Assembly (NCBI GenBank): GCA_016186115.1
Contig: JACPMK010000003.1
Span: forward strand, 26,470 to 90,469
Source of the DNA: Candidatus Wildermuthbacteria bacterium
Lineage (GTDB): Bacteria > Patescibacteriota > Minisyncoccia > Minisyncoccales > UBA10102
Direction: 5' to 3'
Length of the DNA stretch: 64,000 nucleotides
The position numbers and the translations under genes are program-made. This document shows, piece after piece, positions 58,789-64,000 of the stretch. A model generated the notes under the pieces. That model searched no databases, had not been told where the DNA came from, and saw only the letters and a program-made list of their open reading frames with translations. Position 1 is the stretch's first letter. The number at the start of each line of letters is the position of its first letter.

Positions 58789-60278
58789 ACAAAAAATTCT
58801 ATATCACAACTGCAATTCCCTATGTGAATGCCCGCCCGCACATCGGGCATGCTTTGGAATTTATTCAGGCCGATGTCATTGCGCGCTACCATCGTCTGAA
58901 GGGTGAGGAGGTTTTGCTTTTGTCTGGAAGCGATGAGAATGCGCTTAAAAATGTTCAAGCCGCCCAGAGCGCCGGAGTCCCTGTGCAGCAATTTATTGAT
59001 GAAAACGCCGTGCTTTTTGTCGAGTTGGCCAATGCGCTTGGCGTGCAATTCGACGTATTTCAAAAGGGAAGCAGCAAAGAACACCATCTCTCCAGTCAGA
59101 AACTGTGGCAACTTTGCGCCGAAAATGGGGATATCTACAAAAAATCCTACGAAGGTTTGTACTGCACGGGATGCGAAGCATTTTATACTCCAGATGAGCT
59201 TGATGCGAATCAGGAATGCCTTGAGCATCCCGGCCGAAAACTCGAGAGCGTCTCCGAAGAAAATTATTTTTTCAAACTTTCACGATATCAGGACAAAATC
59301 ATTAGTGTATTGGAAAGCGATGAATTGGAAATTGTTCCCGCGACCCGAAAAAATGAAATGCTCGCTTTTTTGAAACAGACACTGCAAGATATTAGCATTT
59401 CGCGCACCAATGAACGCGCCAAAAATTGGGGCGTGCCAGTTCCGGCCGATGATTCTCAAAGAATGTATGTTTGGTTCGATGCCCTCAATATGTATCAGTC
59501 GGGAGTTGGATTTGGATTAGATGAACAAAAGCATAACAAGTGGTGGCCGGCAGATATTCATGTGATTGGCAAGGGGATTATTCGTTTTCACGCGGTGTAC
59601 TGGCCGGCATTTCTTTTGTCGGCTGGGTTGCCTTTGCCCAAGAAAATCTTTGTTCATGGCTATATCACTTCAAGCGGACAAAAAATGTCAAAGACACTGG
59701 GAAATGTGGTTGATCCTTTTCCGCTTGTCGAAAAATATGGAAGTGGTGCAGTACGTTACTTTTTCTTGCGCGAAATTCCGCCGACAGAAGACGGCGATTT
59801 TTCCTATGAAAAATTCGAAGAGAGGTATAATTCTGACCTTGCGAGTGGTTTGGGAAATCTTGTCGCGAGAGTACTCGCGCTTGTAGGAAAAATAAATCCG
59901 AAATCCTTTGACAAGCTCAGAATCCCGAGCGAAGTCGAGGGACAAATTCAAAGTCCAAAACTGCGGGAAATTATAAATGCAGCGAGAGAAAAGGTGGATA
60001 CGGCGTTGGAAAAGTTTCAGTTTCAGGATGCGTTGATTGCCATTTGGGATGTGATTCATTTTTGCGACAGATATATTGAGGAGAAAAAACCGTGGTCTTT
60101 CGACTTCGCTCAAGATAAACCCGATCAAAAAGAAGTAATCGACGATTTATTGCTAGCAATTTTAGCAATCGGCACGCTTCTCAAGCCATTTCTCCCCGCG
60201 ACTTCAGAGAAAATAGCGAATCAATTGCAACATGGAAAAGGCGATCCTCTCTTCCCGCGTCTTGACAGAAATGTATGA
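58785..60278 (+). CDS. metG: methionine--tRNA ligase
   Basis: TTAIPYVN..HIGH, YVWFDAL, GK.I..FH..YWPA, KMSK. Confidence 0.97.
   Translation: MNKKFYITTAIPYVNARPHIGHALEFIQADVIARYHRLKGEEVLLLSGSDENALKNVQAAQSAGVPVQQFIDENAVLFVELANALGVQFDVFQKGSSKEHHLSSQKLWQLCAENGDIYKKSYEGLYCTGCEAFYTPDELDANQECLEHPGRKLESVSEENYFFKLSRYQDKIISVLESDELEIVPATRKNEMLAFLKQTLQDISISRTNERAKNWGVPVPADDSQRMYVWFDALNMYQSGVGFGLDEQKHNKWWPADIHVIGKGIIRFHAVYWPAFLLSAGLPLPKKIFVHGYITSSGQKMSKTLGNVVDPFPLVEKYGSGAVRYFFLREIPPTEDGDFSYEKFEERYNSDLASGLGNLVARVLALVGKINPKSFDKLRIPSEVEGQIQSPKLREIINAAREKVDTALEKFQFQDALIAIWDVIHFCDRYIEEKKPWSFDFAQDKPDQKEVIDDLLLAILAIGTLLKPFLPATSEKIANQLQHGKGDPLFPRLDRNV
59894..59964 (+). repeat. heptamer array with nested 39-nt REP-like palindrome, in frame in metG
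   Basis: aaatccg aaa[tcctttgacaagctcagaatcccgagcgaagtcgaggga]c aaattca aagtcca aaactgc. Confidence 0.8.
60097..60120 (+). repeat. REP-like half-copy in frame in metG
   Basis: ctttcgacttcgctcaagataaac = SFDFAQDK. Confidence 0.7.
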
Positions 60279-60298
60279 AAAAGTATACTACACTAATC

Positions 60299-60379
60299 AT
60301 GAGCAGCCAGATCAGAAAAGGATTTTATTTCTTCTTTTTTACCAGCCCCGGCGAAGAGCGAGGTCGTTATTCTTGTTAA
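60299..60379 (+). CDS. Phe-rich leader peptide
   Basis: MSSQIRKGFYFFFFTSPGEERGRYSC; promoter TTGACA 60262-N16-TATACT. Confidence 0.7.
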   Translation: MSSQIRKGFYFFFFTSPGEERGRYSC

Positions 60380-60441
60380 TCGAAAACATCTAACCAAGAA
60401 ATCACCCAGCCCTTCGTCAAACGAGGGGCTGGTTTTCTTTT
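60350..60441 (+). promoter_or_regulatory. attenuator 1
   Basis: Terminator ccagcccttcgt/acgaggggctgg + ttttctttt; ggcgaag (60350-60356) can pair with cttcgtc. Confidence 0.7.
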
Positions 60442-60542
60442 CGCCCTGCGGCGAAAAGACGATGTTTTCTGATGAGAGCTCCAACACATTCGGGTTTCTC
60501 ACCAGAGAAGATCTTAACTATCTCTGGTTAAGGAGGGAAACA

Positions 60543-60896
60543 ATGGCCGAACATCGTATGGGTATAATACAGGGTAGCACTGGAACGCTCAAAGAGGTTC
60601 TTGGAATGCTTGGGGTGTCGATAACAAAATTCGCATTCCAAGGGCATAATTCGTCGGACTCGTGTGGACAGCAAGGGGTGCATCCTCCTCACGTACTGGA
60701 GGAGTATAGACATTATTGCATTGGGAAAGCTGGCTGTGTGGGAGAGGATGTGCTTATCGTAATTGCCGAAGAACGGCAACTGTACCCAGCACGTGCAAAA
60801 GGGATTTACTTCCTCCTTCCAAGAAATGCATTCCCCTCTTTCCGGGATCCGCTTATGCAAGTTGGCGTAGGGCAAGGTCCTGGATATACCGGCTAA
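60543..60896 (+). CDS. orphan protein (117 aa) downstream of Phe attenuator
   Basis: aaggagggaaaca SD; His/Cys-containing; followed by terminator. Confidence 0.65.
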   Translation: MAEHRMGIIQGSTGTLKEVLGMLGVSITKFAFQGHNSSDSCGQQGVHPPHVLEEYRHYCIGKAGCVGEDVLIVIAEERQLYPARAKGIYFLLPRNAFPSFRDPLMQVGVGQGPGYTG

Positions 60897-60917
60897 ATCT
60901 GGAAAGTACGGCCTATA

Positions 60918-60953
60918 GGGCGGAGCTTTACCGAGCTCCGCCCGTTTTCTTTT
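60918..60953 (+). terminator. intrinsic terminator
   Basis: gggcggagct/agctccgccc + ttttctttt. Confidence 0.85.
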
Positions 60954-61008
60954 GACAAGCAGTTGACAACCCTGTTTTCAATTTGCTATGGTTATAATAC
61001 TTGAGCTT

Positions 61009-61095
61009 ATGAAGAAAATCTCCCAAACAATGTTGCTTTTGTTGGTCTTGGTAACTAATCCTACTCGGTTGGGAGATTTTGATCGCAGAAGTTAA
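61009..61095 (+). CDS. Leu/Val-rich leader peptide
   Basis: MKKISQTMLLLLVLVTNPTRLGDFDRRS; TTGACA 60963 and TATGGT/TATAAT 60987-60998 upstream. Confidence 0.75.
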   Translation: MKKISQTMLLLLVLVTNPTRLGDFDRRS

Positions 61096-61152
61096 AAATA
61101 CAAAATTCCTTGCGACAACGTAACCTCCCAACCGCGGGAGGTTTCTTCTTTT
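61015..61152 (+). promoter_or_regulatory. attenuator 2 (complete 1:2, 2:3, 3:4 pairings)
   Basis: 61015-26/61069-80 (12 bp), 61066-75/61125-34 (10 bp), 61122-29/61136-43 + U-rich tract. Confidence 0.82.
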
Positions 61153-61410
61153 GTCTTGAGGAGTAAGGAAAAGTTTATTCCTTATTCCCCAGGCCAGAAG
61201 AGTATGTCTGGTTTGGAGCAGCAAGTTCACCTACCATAAGCGTGAGCGTGCTGTAGGAAGATAATCCTGCGATCGGGTAACATCTGTGAGCAGGATAATC
61301 CTCTGAATTGCTAAGGAGGAGAACGAGGTGGTTGAGAAGACCCCCCACTTTCTTGGCTGCTTCGTTCTCTTCCCGCGCAATGTTTAGCACATTGTATGAA
61401 GGAGGGTGAG

Positions 61411-61584
61411 ATGTACTTTGGTTCGCACATTTGCTGTCTGGATGCCTTTTTCATAGGGGAGGACGGCAGTGGGGCGGTGAAAAAACTTAAAGAGGCGCCA
61501 CCGCCGCCACCAGAAAACGAAAAGGAGAAACTTCTTCCTGCTGACGAAGACCTGCAAGGTCAGCAGGACGAGAAATCATCCTAG
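61411..61584 (+). CDS. small orphan protein (57 aa, poly-Pro, acidic tail)
   Basis: aaggagggtgag SD; MYFGSHICC..EAPPPPPENE; terminator 61594-61647. Confidence 0.55.
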   Translation: MYFGSHICCLDAFFIGEDGSGAVKKLKEAPPPPPENEKEKLLPADEDLQGQQDEKSS

Positions 61585-61695
61585 CTCTCCCATGCGGCTC
61601 CTTTTGTTTGCGCATCAACGCGCAGCAGGAGGAGCCGTCCATTTTTTACTTGACATTATCCCTTGAGCTTACTAGTATAAAATATACTCTTCAGC

Positions 61696-61788
61696 ATGGA
61701 CATTATTTTACAGATCAGACAAGCGATTATTGGCATTATTACCATTATTAGCCCCACCAAACGAGGGAGTTTCTTGCAGCAGCTATAA
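61696..61788 (+). CDS. Ile-rich leader peptide
   Basis: MDIILQIRQAIIGIITIISPTKRGSFLQQL (9 Ile, 8 ATT); promoter TTGACA 61650-N17-TAGTAT. Confidence 0.78.
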   Translation: MDIILQIRQAIIGIITIISPTKRGSFLQQL

Positions 61789-61844
61789 ACTACAAACTAC
61801 TAACTAAAATCTGCATCAGCTCCCTCGCGGGGGCTGATTTTTTT
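61762..61844 (+). promoter_or_regulatory. attenuator 3
   Basis: cgagggagtt 61762-71 pairs with agctccctcg 61818-27; terminator atcagctccc/gggggctgat + U6. Confidence 0.8.
61781..61808 (+). repeat. heptamer array in the antiterminator loop
   Basis: agctata aactaca aactact aactaaa. Confidence 0.65.
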
Positions 61845-61928
61845 GAGCATAGTGCATGGGCTTGATTCTCCAATCTCATTCACTGCGCTCAATACCAGAG
61901 AGTGCAGTAATAGCACGAGGAGGGTGTA

Positions 61929-62111
61929 ATGAAAAGGGAAGAGAAGTCCGATATTATTGAAGAAATCGTGACGGTTCTCGCGGGAGGAGATTTTGCCGGA
62001 GGCGAGAAACAGCGCCGCAAAAATCGAAAAGATAAGCTGGAGAAGAAGAGGTGGGGGAAAGCTGCTGCTGACGCAGGAGCTCTGCCTGCCAAAGACAGTC
62101 TTGATTTGTAA
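61929..62111 (+). CDS. small basic orphan protein (60 aa) downstream of Ile attenuator
   Basis: gaggagggtgta SD; terminator gggggctcgct/agtgagccccc+U6 at 62137-62177. Confidence 0.6.
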   Translation: MKREEKSDIIEEIVTVLAGGDFAGGEKQRRKNRKDKLEKKRWGKAAADAGALPAKDSLDL

Positions 62112-62281
62112 TTTATGTTTCTCTTCCTTAGGTTTCGGGGGCTCGCTGAATGGTTCGCGAAGTGAGCCCCCTTTTTTGTGGAAATATTCCTCTTGACGAT
62201 ATTTTGCAAAGAGATTATTCTAGGTATTGTTTTAAGAATCACTGCACCTTAAACAGAGCATTAGTTGAAGGGAGAAGGAGA

Positions 62282-62590
62282 ATGGCAAAGACAGCTGTCC
62301 TCCTTAGGAAGGGGGATTGGCAGAATGGCAGGACGGGAGATTACAGTAAAATCGTAGAGCTGTTGAAGATTCTTCACAGGGAGTTCAAGGTTCAGCGGCT
62401 CTTACTTGATCAGGAAGTTCTTGATGCGTTGCCTTCAAAACTTCGTGATGTTAAGCTTGTGTTTCTTGTTCCCTCCGGAGGCCAGAAGCCACAAACTCCG
62501 GAAGGGATCAAGATAACAATAGCTGAACTTCCAGAGAATTTCTCGAAGATGGAATTCATCGCAGCCGTCTTTCCCGATTTCCCACAATAG
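62282..62590 (+). CDS. orphan alpha/beta protein (102 aa)
   Basis: aaggaga SD; TTGACG promoter at ~62193; terminator 62587-62618. Confidence 0.6.
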   Translation: MAKTAVLLRKGDWQNGRTGDYSKIVELLKILHREFKVQRLLLDQEVLDALPSKLRDVKLVFLVPSGGQKPQTPEGIKITIAELPENFSKMEFIAAVFPDFPQ

Positions 62591-62659
62591 CCCGTCCACT
62601 AGGCCGGGCTATTTTTTTGTCTTCTTTATTATTCTTGCTTTTTGAGTACAATAAAACAT

Positions 62660-63544
62660 ATGCCTTTTCTCATCGATACCCATGGACATGTTAATTTCAA
62701 TGCGTTTCGCAACGATGCGGACGATGTTCTTGGCCGCGCATTGAAAAATGATACGTGGGTGATCATGCCCGGCTCTCAATATTCCACATCGCAGCGGGCG
62801 GTTGAAATCGCAGAGCGTTTTAAAAATGGAGTTTTCGCCGCAGTCGGCATTCACCCCATCCATTTGGAGCATCGGGAAGTAGATGTGATGGAGGTACAGT
62901 CAGCGAAGGGAGAGAAAGAGAGCTGGATGACCTTTGAAACTAGAGCCGAAGAATTTGATCATGAGGCCTATAAAGATTTAGCAAAAAGCAAAAAAGTGGT
63001 GGCCATCGGCGAGGTTGGTCTTGACTATTATTACGAACCCAAAGGCAAGGCGAAAAGAGAGGAATTCCGGGCGCGACAAAAGGAAACTCTCGAGAAACAA
63101 ATTTCACTGGCCCTTGAATTGAATCTTCCCGTCATTTTGCATTGCCGCGCCGCCCATCCCGATCTTTTTAATCTACTCACTACCCGCTATCCACTGCCAA
63201 CCAGCGATTTTCGTGGCGTGCTGCATTGTTACACAGGAAATCTTGAGCAGGCGAAAAAATTTTTGGATCTGGGTTTATACTTCGGATTCAATGGTTTGAT
63301 TTTCAAAAAAGTTCCTGCGCTCCCTGATCCGCGCGAAATTATTTCTTTTCTTCCATTGGATCGCATTCTTCTCGAGACCGATTCGCCGTATTTGGTTCCA
63401 TCGCAGGCGGCTGTAGAACGAAATGAACCTTTGTTTGTAAAGTACGTTGCCCAGGAAATTTCCCGCATCAAAAATATCCCCCTTGAAAAGGTAGCAGAAA
63501 TTACCACCCAAAACGCCTTGACTCTTTTCCATTTATCTTTTTAG
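62660..63544 (+). CDS. tatD: TatD family DNase
   Basis: DTHGH, GIHP, IGEVGLDY, LHCR, LHCY, LETDSPYL. Confidence 0.95.
   Translation: MPFLIDTHGHVNFNAFRNDADDVLGRALKNDTWVIMPGSQYSTSQRAVEIAERFKNGVFAAVGIHPIHLEHREVDVMEVQSAKGEKESWMTFETRAEEFDHEAYKDLAKSKKVVAIGEVGLDYYYEPKGKAKREEFRARQKETLEKQISLALELNLPVILHCRAAHPDLFNLLTTRYPLPTSDFRGVLHCYTGNLEQAKKFLDLGLYFGFNGLIFKKVPALPDPREIISFLPLDRILLETDSPYLVPSQAAVERNEPLFVKYVAQEISRIKNIPLEKVAEITTQNALTLFHLSF
63171..63205 (+). repeat. in-frame degenerate heptamer array in tatD
   Basis: atctact cactacc cgctatc cactgcc aaccagc = LLTTRYPLPTS. Confidence 0.6.
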
Positions 63545-63606
63545 CCATCCTTGACAAAGAACTATGGAAATTTTAAGGTGGAGCTAAGCTAGGAGGGAGG
63601 AAAACA

Positions 63607-63786
63607 ATGAGCACATCCGAGATAGGAAAGCATATCTGTAGAGAGTGGGCGGAGAGAATCCCAGGGGCTCCGGGTTTCTGTATCTGTCGGAAATGTGGGG
63701 GGCGGGTGTTGACAGAAGAACCAAATAGACCCCCCGAAGGTACAAACAGGAAAGGAACCACCGCACAATTTCTGGAGGTGGCGTAG
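63607..63786 (+). CDS. small Cys-rich (zinc-ribbon-like) orphan protein, 59 aa (missed by ORF track)
   Basis: ggagggagg SD; MSTSEIGKHICREW..GFCICRKCGGRVLTEEP..; TTGACA 63551 upstream; hairpin 63806-63856. Confidence 0.6.
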   Translation: MSTSEIGKHICREWAERIPGAPGFCICRKCGGRVLTEEPNRPPEGTNRKGTTAQFLEVA

Positions 63787-64000
63787 TTGAAGACCCATAT
63801 TCGAGGGGGCGAGACAACGGAGAAGATTAATTCTTCTTTCTCTGTTTCGCCCCTAATTTGTTCTCCGCCATGAGCGTTCAAAGGGAATAGTGGGTTGCGG
63901 ATTGTTTAATGAGGTTGTCTTTGAGGAGAGAGGCAATAACTTTAGAAGGTGCGAACGACGCGTTTTTCTTTTTGATTTCGTTTGCGAGAAACGTATAAAC

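Noticed and set aside
60279..61850. T-box riboswitches or type I toxin-antitoxin loci as the explanation for the leaders
   Set aside because: No T-box consensus (AAnnnGGGTGGnACC) seen; hydrophobic runs are too short for TM toxins and sit exactly upstream of antiterminator arms

Overview
Chromosomal window of a Patescibacteria (CPR, Parcubacteria-like) bacterium. The assignment is inferred from gene content, compact SD-less core genes and standard code 11. It spans the probable replication origin (jag-yidC-rnpA-rpmH <> dnaA-dnaN), preceded by a PrgI/VirB4/pilin T4SS-like locus. It holds many replication/repair genes (ruvABC, uvrB, polA, holA, recO, polX, EndoQ, tatD), five aminoacyl-tRNA synthetases, tRNA-Arg(CCG), smpB-tmRNA-infC-rpmI-rplT and a GAF/PAS two-component cluster with a GlcG/HbpS protein. 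The most striking unannotated signal is a set of four ribosome-dependent attenuator-like leaders (promoter, short uORF with a run of one amino acid, antiterminator/terminator). Three lie in tandem at 60.3-62.2 kb (Phe-, Leu/Val- and Ile-rich) in front of small orphan ORFs, and one (Ile-rich) precedes greA. None precedes an amino-acid biosynthesis gene. Also notable: about a dozen period-7 tandem arrays and a REP-like palindrome inserted in frame in essential genes, a candidate structured ncRNA behind a perfect sigma70 promoter, and a class of orphan genes with strong SD sequences. All calls come from reading the sequence; no searches or folding programs were run.
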